From a virus: a DNA stretch of 64,000 bases. Location of the stretch: IMG/VR virus record IMGVR_UViG_3300019888_000002, positions 1 through 64,000 of that record; one strand, 5' to 3'. Below the pieces are notes generated by a model. It did no database searches, had not been told where the DNA came from, and saw only the letters and a program-made list of their open reading frames with translations. Made by a program: the position numbers and the translations under genes. Positions 9,607 to 17,857 of the stretch are shown here, piece by piece. Every line of letters starts with the position of its first letter. Position 1 is the first letter of the stretch.

Positions 9607-10539
9607 TCATGGCGACATATACGAGATGTCTAGCCGGGAATCGATGGCTTGCGAAGGAGAACTGAACAGCCATTGCATAAAGAACCCGTTGTGGCTGGCT
9701 TGAATGGTCAGCCGATCGTTGACCGCGAATCGGTCCTGACACGAAAGATCCACGGCCTGACTGAAACCCGGGGTGAACAAGTTACCTCGGACGAATTCGA
9801 AGTGCTGCTTGGGAGTGGGGACTCCGTTCTTCATCAACCGGACCTGGGCTCGATCACCCCATATCTGATCCGGGTCCCAGGCGATAGAACAGTCGATCAC
9901 ATAGAGCCCGGGCTCACGAATGACCACCTCGGTAAGGCTGGAAGTCGAATCGAACATCCCGAAGGTGTCCTCGAGTTCGGTGCGCCATTCCACGATGGAA
10001 CCGGAATTGACGATCTGTTGCCGGGTGCCCTGAAGCAACCGGACCACAGGTTTGGACGCGGCCGGGAGCAGCACCCACCGAGGACTGGATTCCCCGGCCC
10101 AGGTGGTCCACACCCTGATCCGGTTGGTATCGGTCTCGTAGATCATGGCACCGGGAACCGGAGTGGCGGGCCTCGTGGTCGACGTGCAGACGAACTGAGC
10201 CAGACCGGTGATGTCGGCGGCCACATGGTGGTGATTACCGGGCGCGGCCTGATTCGCCCCGGCACCGAGCGTGTGGTGCAGGGCGGTCGGCGCGGTGTCG
10301 GTGTCGGGAGACTGATGGGTGTTGGCCTGGAGCAGCTTGGGTGCGGCGTTGAAACCGGTCCCCGAATGGTCGTGCGACTTGACGGCCACATTCGCTTCCA
10401 ACGCCTCGATGGCGTCACCCATGTCCCGGTGGGACTCGTAGTGATTACGATTGCCGGTGCCCGCACCGGAGAGCGGTGTGGTTTCCGGGGCCGAGGGCTC
10501 CACGAAGGAGTCGACATTCCCGGGGAAGACTGTCGGCAC
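9607..10539 (-). CDS. Virion fibre/minor structural protein, 310 aa
   Basis: DHSG/LHHTLG fibre-like segments, RPATPVPGAMIYETDT motif common in phage fibres, C-terminal beta-sandwich/C1q-like region. Confidence 0.6.
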   Translation of the reverse strand: MPTVFPGNVDSFVEPSAPETTPLSGAGTGNRNHYESHRDMGDAIEALEANVAVKSHDHSGTGFNAAPKLLQANTHQSPDTDTAPTALHHTLGAGANQAAPGNHHHVAADITGLAQFVCTSTTRPATPVPGAMIYETDTNRIRVWTTWAGESSPRWVLLPAASKPVVRLLQGTRQQIVNSGSIVEWRTELEDTFGMFDSTSSLTEVVIREPGLYVIDCSIAWDPDQIWGDRAQVRLMKNGVPTPKQHFEFVRGNLFTPGFSQAVDLSCQDRFAVNDRLTIQASHNGFFMQWLFSSPSQAIDSRLDISYMSP

Positions 10540-10563
10540 GGGCGAACCTCCTGGTGTACGAAA

Positions 10564-10604
10564 GGGACTGCCGTTCCCGGCCGGATGGGCAGGTCGGCAG
10601 TCCC
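10564..10604 (-). terminator. Intrinsic terminator-like hairpin
   Basis: GGGACTGCCG / CGGCAGTCCC 10-bp inverted repeat after 10629..11342, followed by TTT on the - strand. Confidence 0.65.
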
Positions 10605-10628
10605 CGTTCGGGTCTTACCTCCGACTGA

Positions 10629-11342
10629 TTACTGACCTTCGGTCGTCGGTGCTGGTGCTACCTTCTTCGGTGCTGCCTTCTTGGCGGCTGCCTTCTTCGG
10701 CTTTCCCGAGACGTCAGGGCCACGGCTGAAACCCGGGTCGGCTTCCTCGTAGAAACCGACACCCTGGGGTTGATCCGCAGCATCCGCAGGTGCCAACCCG
10801 GTGGCATCGGCACCGGTACTCTGAGCCCGATCCAGAACCGCACGCTCGGCCGCGACCGCGCCAGCGGTCGGATAGGCCAGGTTCTGAAGCAGGTCACCGC
10901 TGCCGGGCTGCGCATCGAAATTACCGATCTGCCATCCGATCCGGCCCATGGCCTCCTGAACCTCGACGGTGGGAATCTCCGACGGTGCCGAGGTGGCATC
11001 GTCCCGATTCCGTACCGAATCACGGTGCTCGTACGGGCTCGGGACGGGATCACGGTTCGGCGAACCCTTGTCCACCACCAATTCACCCGAAGTGTTGAGG
11101 ACCAACGACCCTGCTGCGGCGTCATCGATCGTTGCCGCTACATCACTGGGTGTCGTCCCCTCCACCGGAGCCTGAGTGGCCTCGGCCGTCGGTGTCGCAC
11201 CGGGACCGGCTCCACTGGGGGAGGTGCCGGTCGTGTCGGACGAACCGGCAGCGGGATCAGCAGCAGGAGTAGCGGGATCGCTGGCAGGGGTCGCTGCTGC
11301 GGTATCCGAACTCGTGCCATCGGGGGTGGTGGCGTCGGCCAT
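10629..11342 (-). CDS. Low-complexity acidic protein with Lys/Ala-rich C-terminal tail
   Basis: AAGGAG RBS; A/T/P/D-rich N-terminus; KKAAAKKAAPKK histone-H1-like end. Confidence 0.65.
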   Translation of the reverse strand: MADATTPDGTSSDTAAATPASDPATPAADPAAGSSDTTGTSPSGAGPGATPTAEATQAPVEGTTPSDVAATIDDAAAGSLVLNTSGELVVDKGSPNRDPVPSPYEHRDSVRNRDDATSAPSEIPTVEVQEAMGRIGWQIGNFDAQPGSGDLLQNLAYPTAGAVAAERAVLDRAQSTGADATGLAPADAADQPQGVGFYEEADPGFSRGPDVSGKPKKAAAKKAAPKKVAPAPTTEGQ

Positions 11343-11359
11343 GGTGGTTACTCCTTGAA

Positions 11360-11920
11360 CTAGACGGTCTCGATCTCGACCTTGACGGACTTCTGAATGG
11401 TCGGCCTGCTCCAGGTGACCTGCCGACTACGGGTCTCCGGGTCGATGGACTCGACCGGAATCCACTGACTCGCCTGATCCTTGAACCGTTCCGCCAACGG
11501 CGGAACCATGTCCTTGACTTCCTGTTCGGACTGAAAGACAAGCTCGTCGGAGATCAGGCACTTCATCGGCACCATCGACCGCGAGGCCGTGCTGGGCTCC
11601 ACGATGGCCTGAGTGGCCGAGGTGCGCTCCTGCTCGATCAGACCCTTCCGCTCGGCCTGGATACGCAACTCGTTCTCCATATCCGGGTCACTGGAAATCG
11701 TCATATCACCACGCAGATAGGCCCGCTGGAACCCGGGCACGACAGCCACCTCGGGAGGCAGCACCTGCACACTGTCGTCGGCACCACGAGGACCCAGGGT
11801 GAAGGAGAACTTCTTGTCGTTGCACGTGATCGTCTTCGGCGTGTTGTTCCGCACGAAGAGAGTGTCCTGATAGGTCCGAAGGTCCTTCAGTGTCAGGGTG
11901 CGAGGCTCAGCGGTAGTCAT
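11360..11920 (-). CDS. Hypothetical protein, 186 aa (likely structural)
   Basis: AAGGAG RBS; globular sequence; co-oriented with late genes. Confidence 0.7.
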   Translation of the reverse strand: MTTAEPRTLTLKDLRTYQDTLFVRNNTPKTITCNDKKFSFTLGPRGADDSVQVLPPEVAVVPGFQRAYLRGDMTISSDPDMENELRIQAERKGLIEQERTSATQAIVEPSTASRSMVPMKCLISDELVFQSEQEVKDMVPPLAERFKDQASQWIPVESIDPETRSRQVTWSRPTIQKSVKVEIETV

Positions 11921-12040
11921 GGTGGGTGGTTCTCCTTCGTGTGGGGTGGTTCGTTTCTTCTGTGAAGCCGGTGCCGAGAAAACAGTAAGGGCAGCCGAGC
12001 GTGTGTGCTCGGCTGCCCTGTCCTACTGCTGTCGACCTGA

Positions 12041-13192
12041 TCAGGCCGGGGTCGAACCCGTATCCGAAGTGGGAACGGCCGGGTCCGGTCCGTCGGCCGG
12101 GACCGGCACAGGTGTCGCACTGACATCCGCCGATGCCGCGATGTCGACCGGAGTGACCGTGGCCGAAGCATCGAGCGACCCTGCGGTCACCGGAGTGGCG
12201 TCGGCGGGAACCTCAGCCGGAGCCGAGGTGTCGGTCGCTGCCGGTACCTCTACGACGTTGGTGTCGGCGGGCAGGTCACCCGCCGCGACGGGAGCCGCAG
12301 AGGCGTCGGTCGGGGTGACGTCGACCGGACCCACCGTGACGGGAACGACGGTCGCATCGGGGGCGACCTCGGTGACCGCAACCGGAGTGGCGTCCACCGG
12401 GACCACGACGGGAGTAGCGACGTCGGCAGGAACTTCGACCACCGTGGTGTCGGCGGGCAACGTGCTTGCTTCTACCGGAGCCGCCGAAGGATCGACCGCC
12501 ACCGGAGCAGTAACGCCTCCCGAAGTGTCAGCGCCCGAGGCACCGACTGTGCCGAGAAACCCATCGGTGTTGTCCACCGTCCCCGGAATCACCGCACTGG
12601 AGCCGTCACCCGTACGAGGGGCACCACTGGCATCGGTCGGGACACCGGGACCGGCACTCGCGCTGGCATCGGGAGCCGGAGTACCGGCTGCCGGGGTGCC
12701 GTCGGGATTGGTGGCCTCGCCACCGGGAGCCGGGATCGCCGGGACCTGGTCGGGAGTGGGAACCGGAACAGGGGTGATCGGGGGAGCGTCGGCGACCGGC
12801 GCGACATCCGGCGTGGTCGTCGGTGCGGGCTGCGCAGGATCGACCACGACCTTGAAGTGATCGGCGACCAAACCGGCATCGGCCACGGCCTTGTCGAGCG
12901 CATCGAGCGCGGTATCGTCCACGGCCGCGTTCGCCTTGAGGTCGTCCAACGCCTTCTGAAGGTTGGCATTGCTGGTGAGCAGGGCATTGACGCCCCCGGT
13001 CACGGCGATGTTGTACGCCGTGAGCTGCTCGGTAGCGACCTGGACACGATCTGTTACTGCCATCAGTACTCCTAATCTGGTCAGGAGGGCCTCGAAACGA
13101 GCCCACTCTTCTCGGCGCTCACGCCGTTGACTTTCTTCGAGCCTTTGGAACTCGGTCATCACCGGCTCGAGAAGCCAGTCTCTGAACTCCAC
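12041..13192 (-). CDS. Coiled-coil N-terminus plus long acidic Pro/Ala/Thr/Val/Asp-rich tail; second RBS-backed start at ATG 13063
   Basis: AGGAGG before GTG 13192 and AGGAG before ATG 13063; repeated DTxVVEVPA segments. Confidence 0.65.
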   Translation of the reverse strand: MEFRDWLLEPVMTEFQRLEESQRRERREEWARFEALLTRLGVLMAVTDRVQVATEQLTAYNIAVTGGVNALLTSNANLQKALDDLKANAAVDDTALDALDKAVADAGLVADHFKVVVDPAQPAPTTTPDVAPVADAPPITPVPVPTPDQVPAIPAPGGEATNPDGTPAAGTPAPDASASAGPGVPTDASGAPRTGDGSSAVIPGTVDNTDGFLGTVGASGADTSGGVTAPVAVDPSAAPVEASTLPADTTVVEVPADVATPVVVPVDATPVAVTEVAPDATVVPVTVGPVDVTPTDASAAPVAAGDLPADTNVVEVPAATDTSAPAEVPADATPVTAGSLDASATVTPVDIAASADVSATPVPVPADGPDPAVPTSDTGSTPA

Positions 13193-13199
13193 GTGATCG

Positions 13200-13915
13200 A
13201 CCTCCTGTAGGGGCTCTGCCGCTCACACTACCTGCGGAATCTGTACCTCAGGTGAAAGGTCCAAGGGGATCACCACAACTGGTGGCTACGCGCGCACGCG
13301 GGTACCCGTTTCTACGTTTTTGACTCTTTTGATCTGTTCCCTCGCTGAGACAAAGTACTTCGTTTTGAAGTAGTACTCGCTCAAAACCGAGCCGAGCGAA
13401 GCGAGGTGAAGGTTCTCGGCTCGAAAGAGAACCGAACTGAGCGAAGCGAAGAGAGGTTCTTTCCAACAAGACTCCTCTGGAGTCTTTGAAGTACACAGCC
13501 TCGCTGGCTGGGGAGGTCGCTGTGGAGTTATGAGGACACGACTACCGACCCCATGTCGTTCAGGACATGTGGTTCGTAGCTAGGTGAGTTCCATGGGGCC
13601 TGGGATGCTATCCCAGTGAACGGTTCATCGGTCACTGTACACACAAGCAAAGTCCCCGGCAGAGGAACCGTTAAGAAACTCTCCGGGGACTTCCGAAAGG
13701 CGACCGAGGTAGCGAATCTCGGGCTAGTCGACTTCTGAAGATCGTTGGCACACGCCTCTCGTTGCTACTGGAGATCATCTCACATCACACGAGATCACAC
13801 GAGATCACACGAGATCACAATGGAACTATTCAGAACACAAGGAAGGACCCCTAGCTCGATCGAGGTCGGGGGGTGACCGTTTCTTATGATCGAAAACCGT
13901 AGGGGTCCTTCCGGA
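13200..13915. other. Long non-coding, hairpin- and repeat-rich region (origin-like or structured RNA)
   Basis: No convincing ORF; several perfect inverted repeats, an 11-bp direct repeat and tandem decamers; contains AT-richer stretches. Confidence 0.6.
13771..13820 (+). repeat. Tandem 10-bp repeat GAGATCACAC (two exact copies, one near-exact, two degenerate)
   Basis: gagatcatct cacatcacac gagatcacac gagatcacac gagatcacaa read directly. Confidence 0.9.
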
Positions 13916-13920
13916 AGAGC

Positions 13921-14448
13921 TTACTCGCCGATCGGCCACTTGTAGGCGTCTCTCAGCTCGTTGAGCAGAGCCGGTTTCTTGTCCTCGAGCAAGAGTTTCT
14001 CCACAGCGGCGAACACCTCCCGTTTGTGTCCGGTACCCACAGCCTGAAAGAGCTGACGAGCCCAGCCCATCTGACGACCCTCCCGGCAGGTACACGCCTC
14101 TTCGGGATCGAAACGCCCCTCGGGGTTGAGGTAGCTATGGGTCTTGAGCTTGATCTTCTGCGGCTTGTCTTCGCTGGCAGGTTCCCGACGCTGTGGTCGC
14201 TCCTCCGGGATGTACCCGGTCACCCGGTAGTCGGCATACTCCAGACGCTCCGAGAGCCCTCCCGCCGCATCGTCGGAGACCCACCAATACTTCGGGGTCT
14301 CGTCGGGATGCCAACGACGCTGAGCGCTGGGAATCTTCTTGATCTCGGTCAACACGTCGGGAAGATAACCACCCGTGACGACCCTCCAGCCCGAAGCTCC
14401 GGGCTCCGGGCTGAAAGTGATCTCGATGACGGTCTCGTCTTCGATCAG
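13921..14448 (-). CDS. Hypothetical protein ~175 aa, probable CTG start
   Basis: Protein-like part of track ORF 13921..14766 begins at CTG 14448, overlapping the upstream TGA (CTGA), with GGAGG 7 nt upstream. Confidence 0.6.
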   Translation of the reverse strand: MIEDETVIEITFSPEPGASGWRVVTGGYLPDVLTEIKKIPSAQRRWHPDETPKYWWVSDDAAGGLSERLEYADYRVTGYIPEERPQRREPASEDKPQKIKLKTHSYLNPEGRFDPEEACTCREGRQMGWARQLFQAVGTGHKREVFAAVEKLLLEDKKPALLNELRDAYKWPIGE

Positions 14449-15626
14449 GACGCCACCTCCAGTTTTGCTCTGGTGATCAGGGTGTTGTCGGTCCCTTGGT
14501 AGTTCTCGGTGCCCTTGACCGTGGCCCTGGTGATCACAACCTGTGTTCCGATCTCCAGCCCGGGAGGCGGGTTGGACGCGAACCACTTGACCGAATGACC
14601 GTCGGCGGTACGGAATCCGATCAAGGTGGTGATGCCGTAGTCGCCCTCGATCTCGCGAAGGAAGGTCACGGTGGCCTCGATGCCGGTGAGCTTGTCCTTG
14701 GCTGCTCCGAGGAACCCGGCAACATAGCCCGCGCTCTCGGCCTTCTTGGTCTCGTTGCGTGCCCACACCGACACCAGGCTGACCAGGGTGCCCAGACCCT
14801 TGAAGGAGACGGTCTCGTTGCCGAGGACGACCCTCATGTTGTCGGCATAGTCACCGTCACGCAGGGTGTCGGCCGACGCGATGACAGCGGCCACAACTTC
14901 GTCGGAGACGGTGGCGGCGACCTGACTCATCTCTGCGGCCCAGGGGCGCTCCTTGTTGTTCGGGAAGAGCACGGCAAGCACGCTGTCGGCCGAGGCAGCT
15001 CCACCGAAGTCACGAGCCCGACCCCGGCTGATGAAGTTCTTGCCCATGTCGGTGACGGCCAGCGCCAGTCGAAGGATGTGACCGACCGAGAAGATCATGG
15101 CCTCACGAGCGGGGCCACGGTCTTCGTTGATCGCTGCGATCTCCTCGAGCGTGAAGTCGCCGAGCAACCAGAGACCCTTGACCTCGATACCGAAGAACAG
15201 CTCGATGCAGGTGGAGCCCACAACCTTGAACTCGCCGGTCTCGGTGTTGCGGATGATGTAGGACGCCTTACGGGCGCGGTTCTGGTTGCAGTGGTCGCAA
15301 CGAGTCTCGGTGACGCGCTCGAGGCCGTCGGTGTTCTCCCCGGGAATCAGGTTGACCAGGACGCCTTCGCCTTCGGCATTGACCGAGCCGACGAAGCGCC
15401 AGCCGTCGACCTCGACCGAGGGACGGTTGAAGATGACGCTGAAGCTCTGCGGAAGGAAAACACCCTCGGTCGAGGACTCGACCAGCTCGTTCTCGGTGGC
15501 GACGAAGGTGAAGCGATCGGCGAAGTCGTTGCGCTCGAGGCGACGGTTGACGGTCTCGACCTTCTCGGCCAGACGGGCGAGGTTCTCGGCGTTCAGGATG
15601 TGGAAGACGGTCTCGGTGACGACCAT
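14445..15626 (-). CDS. Phage hypothetical protein, 393 aa, with CDHC...C motif and OB-like C-terminus
   Basis: Led by the recurrent promoter/GAAAGGAACC cassette; strongly biased codon usage. Confidence 0.85.
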   Translation of the reverse strand: MVVTETVFHILNAENLARLAEKVETVNRRLERNDFADRFTFVATENELVESSTEGVFLPQSFSVIFNRPSVEVDGWRFVGSVNAEGEGVLVNLIPGENTDGLERVTETRCDHCNQNRARKASYIIRNTETGEFKVVGSTCIELFFGIEVKGLWLLGDFTLEEIAAINEDRGPAREAMIFSVGHILRLALAVTDMGKNFISRGRARDFGGAASADSVLAVLFPNNKERPWAAEMSQVAATVSDEVVAAVIASADTLRDGDYADNMRVVLGNETVSFKGLGTLVSLVSVWARNETKKAESAGYVAGFLGAAKDKLTGIEATVTFLREIEGDYGITTLIGFRTADGHSVKWFASNPPPGLEIGTQVVITRATVKGTENYQGTDNTLITRAKLEVAS

Positions 15627-15698
15627 GGCGGGGGTTCCTTTCAGGGGTCCTGCTCTGTGCTGTACCCCTACTGTACCACAGGTTTAGCCGTGCGCAAA
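15627..15698 (-). promoter_or_regulatory. SigA-like promoter (TTGCGC..TGTGG-TACAGT) plus GAAAGGAACC RBS; one copy of a recurrent cassette leader
   Basis: Related motif at ~23281, 24904, 45311, 45572, 46050, 61624, 62031, 62352, 62618, 63596, and on + at 24961 and 27487. Confidence 0.7.
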
Positions 15699-16700
15699 CT
15701 AATAGATCGCACTCACCACAGCCGCCGCAAGTGGCACCGGGACACAGTCACCGACTTGCTGCTGTCTCTCCCCGAGCGAACCGACCCACGGGTAATCGGC
15801 CCGGAAACCCTGAAGCACACCCAGCTCGGCCGGGGTGGCCTGCCGGTTGCCTTCGGGGCTGAGCCAGGCTGCGGTGTTGCGGCCGGTGACCGTGTGCGCG
15901 GGCATGTCGAGAGATCGAGGGATCTGTCCGGCCGTACGCTCCGAAGCCGCTCCGGCTCCGGCAAAATGCCACGGCTGATCGGTGAACCGATCGATGAGCC
16001 CGGTGTCGATGAAGGCTTGTCGGATCGATACCCATCGCTTGAGAGTGAGATCGGCGAAAGGATCGAAGATCGGCTTGCGTGGATTGAACTTGCCGTGTGT
16101 CGGCTTGGGCAACTTGGCCGGTCCCCGGGCTGCGGTCTCCTCGGGACTCCGTGCCACCAGGAAAGCCCGGGTCCGAGTCTGTGGCGTCCCGAATTGCTCG
16201 GCGTGCAATTTATCCACCTCGACGGACCAGCCGAGTCTGCGCAACACCTCGGCACATGTCTGCCAGATCGGGAGGACAGCCGGAACCTGCTCCCACAACA
16301 GCCAACGAGGAGTGGTCCTCAGTGCCCAACGCAACGGCTCGAGAACCAGGATCGAGCGGTCGTCTTTCATGTGCCGACGGAGATAAAGGATCGCTGCGTC
16401 GACATCGTCGGCATCCCGGATATGTGTGATGGCCTCGAGCAACATCACCGAATCGCCATGCCCGAGCTTGAGTCCGGCCGAAGAGAAACCCTGACAGCTC
16501 GGGCTACCGAGAAGACCGGTGGGTGAGTACTCGAGCGGGTTGATCAAGGTGACATCGGCACAGAGCCGAGGGTGTCCGGCTGCACGAGCTGTACGGCAGA
16601 CTGTGTCGAGCCACTCGATACCGAGCACCTCTTCGGTGATTCCGGCCTGTTTCAAGCCTTCATCCGTCCCACCCGCACCCGCGAACAAATCGATGATCAT
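15699..16700 (-). CDS. DNA cytosine-5 methyltransferase
   Basis: Motif I DLFAGAGG, motif IV GSPSCQGFS, motif VI EQV, motif VIII PQTRTRAF, motif X VGDCVP. Confidence 0.92.
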   Translation of the reverse strand: MIIDLFAGAGGTDEGLKQAGITEEVLGIEWLDTVCRTARAAGHPRLCADVTLINPLEYSPTGLLGSPSCQGFSSAGLKLGHGDSVMLLEAITHIRDADDVDAAILYLRRHMKDDRSILVLEPLRWALRTTPRWLLWEQVPAVLPIWQTCAEVLRRLGWSVEVDKLHAEQFGTPQTRTRAFLVARSPEETAARGPAKLPKPTHGKFNPRKPIFDPFADLTLKRWVSIRQAFIDTGLIDRFTDQPWHFAGAGAASERTAGQIPRSLDMPAHTVTGRNTAAWLSPEGNRQATPAELGVLQGFRADYPWVGSLGERQQQVGDCVPVPLAAAVVSAIY

Positions 16701-16739
16701 CGAGCAAGCGTACCCGATCTGTACCCGAAACTCGAGTAG

Positions 16740-17183
16740 CTAAGCAGTCTTCGCCGGAACGGCTGCACTAGTGGGCGCTGTGGTGGCAGCAACCGATGGT
16801 TGGGCGACACGCATCTGACCCTTGAGAAACTCGTCCACAACCTGACTGAGCGCCTGACCGAGAAGTGCTCCGAGCGCGCCGCCGATGGTGGCTCCGGCCG
16901 GAGCCCCGAGCATCGGGCCGAACGGCCCGCCGATGGTGATGCCGATAGCGGTACCCGCCGCCGTACCGATGGCACCCCCGATAGCAGTAGCTGCCCGGGT
17001 GATGGCCTGAGCCCGTACCAATGCATCGGACTGACGGACCACATCGTTGGCGAGGTGAACAACGATCGGGCGTACGGCTTCGACATTGAGCCGAAGCTGA
17101 GGGGCGACCTGATTGACGCCGAATTCGACCTGAGTGAAAAGCTGATCTACCAGTGTGGTAACAGGAGTAACGGGAGCTGTCAT
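16740..17183 (-). CDS. Glycine-zipper membrane protein, 147 aa
   Basis: AIGGAIGTAAGTAIGITIGGPFGPMLGAPAGATIGGALG hydrophobic Gly-zipper. Confidence 0.7.
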   Translation of the reverse strand: MTAPVTPVTTLVDQLFTQVEFGVNQVAPQLRLNVEAVRPIVVHLANDVVRQSDALVRAQAITRAATAIGGAIGTAAGTAIGITIGGPFGPMLGAPAGATIGGALGALLGQALSQVVDEFLKGQMRVAQPSVAATTAPTSAAVPAKTA

Positions 17184-17270
17184 AACCCTCAGACTAACTT
17201 GCGAGTCGACTGTTCGGACTCATCGTCGTTGGATTGTCGCCCACATAAGTGTCGGCCTGACGCTGGATTC

Positions 17271-17846
17271 TCACGAGCTGGTTCGCACCTGAATACCCGA
17301 CGCAGGAATCGACCGCCAGCCGTCGCCCGCGTCGTAGTGGATCTCTGTCAGCTCTACCATTTGTCCGTGGGGAAGATAGCTGTTGCCCATCATGCCCATG
17401 TCGGCAGAATCGAGATCGGGGTCCCACGGTCGATCACTCACCGTGGGTCGCTTGCCGACCAGAACAACAGGCATGGTGGCGATCACTTTGCCGTAATCCT
17501 CGATGGTGCCATCGCCCAGAGCACCGATAACGCTGTACTCGGGATCGAATCCGTTCTCGGCATACTCCTTGAAGTCGACCAGGTCACCGAAACTGCTCAT
17601 AATGCCCCACCACTCACCCGTCGAACCGAATTGGGCCTGAGTGGCAGCGGCGAGCATAGAGGCGGAGACCTGATGTGCAGCAACAGCTAGAGATAGTTCG
17701 TTGGAATGCTCACTCATATCGAGAGAGAACCCCCGAGCGATCAGTTCGTCGCCATAAGCAATGCGTTCGAGACACATGGATGATACGACTACTCGCACAT
17801 TGAGCGCCTCCACCTGCTCGCGAAAGGTGACGATACGACGAGTCAT
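17271..17846 (-). CDS. Hypothetical protein, 191 aa (start revised to ATG 17846, MTRRIVTFREQ...)
   Basis: GAGGGAAG RBS; begins just after the upstream stop. Confidence 0.65.
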   Translation of the reverse strand: MTRRIVTFREQVEALNVRVVVSSMCLERIAYGDELIARGFSLDMSEHSNELSLAVAAHQVSASMLAAATQAQFGSTGEWWGIMSSFGDLVDFKEYAENGFDPEYSVIGALGDGTIEDYGKVIATMPVVLVGKRPTVSDRPWDPDLDSADMGMMGNSYLPHGQMVELTEIHYDAGDGWRSIPASGIQVRTSS

Positions 17847-17857
17847 GTCTTCCCTCT

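Noticed and set aside
13248-13496. 82-aa ORF in the non-coding region
   Set aside because: No clear RBS; the translation simply mirrors the palindromes and GCGAAGC repeats
13771-13820. Tandem decamers as a CRISPR array
   Set aside because: No spacers, unit too short, no cas genes in the window
13841-13912. 72-nt element with 13-bp terminal inverted repeats as a tRNA or MITE
   Set aside because: No T-loop (TTCGA in correct context), D-loop or CCA; no second copy or target duplication seen; kept only as part of the structured region
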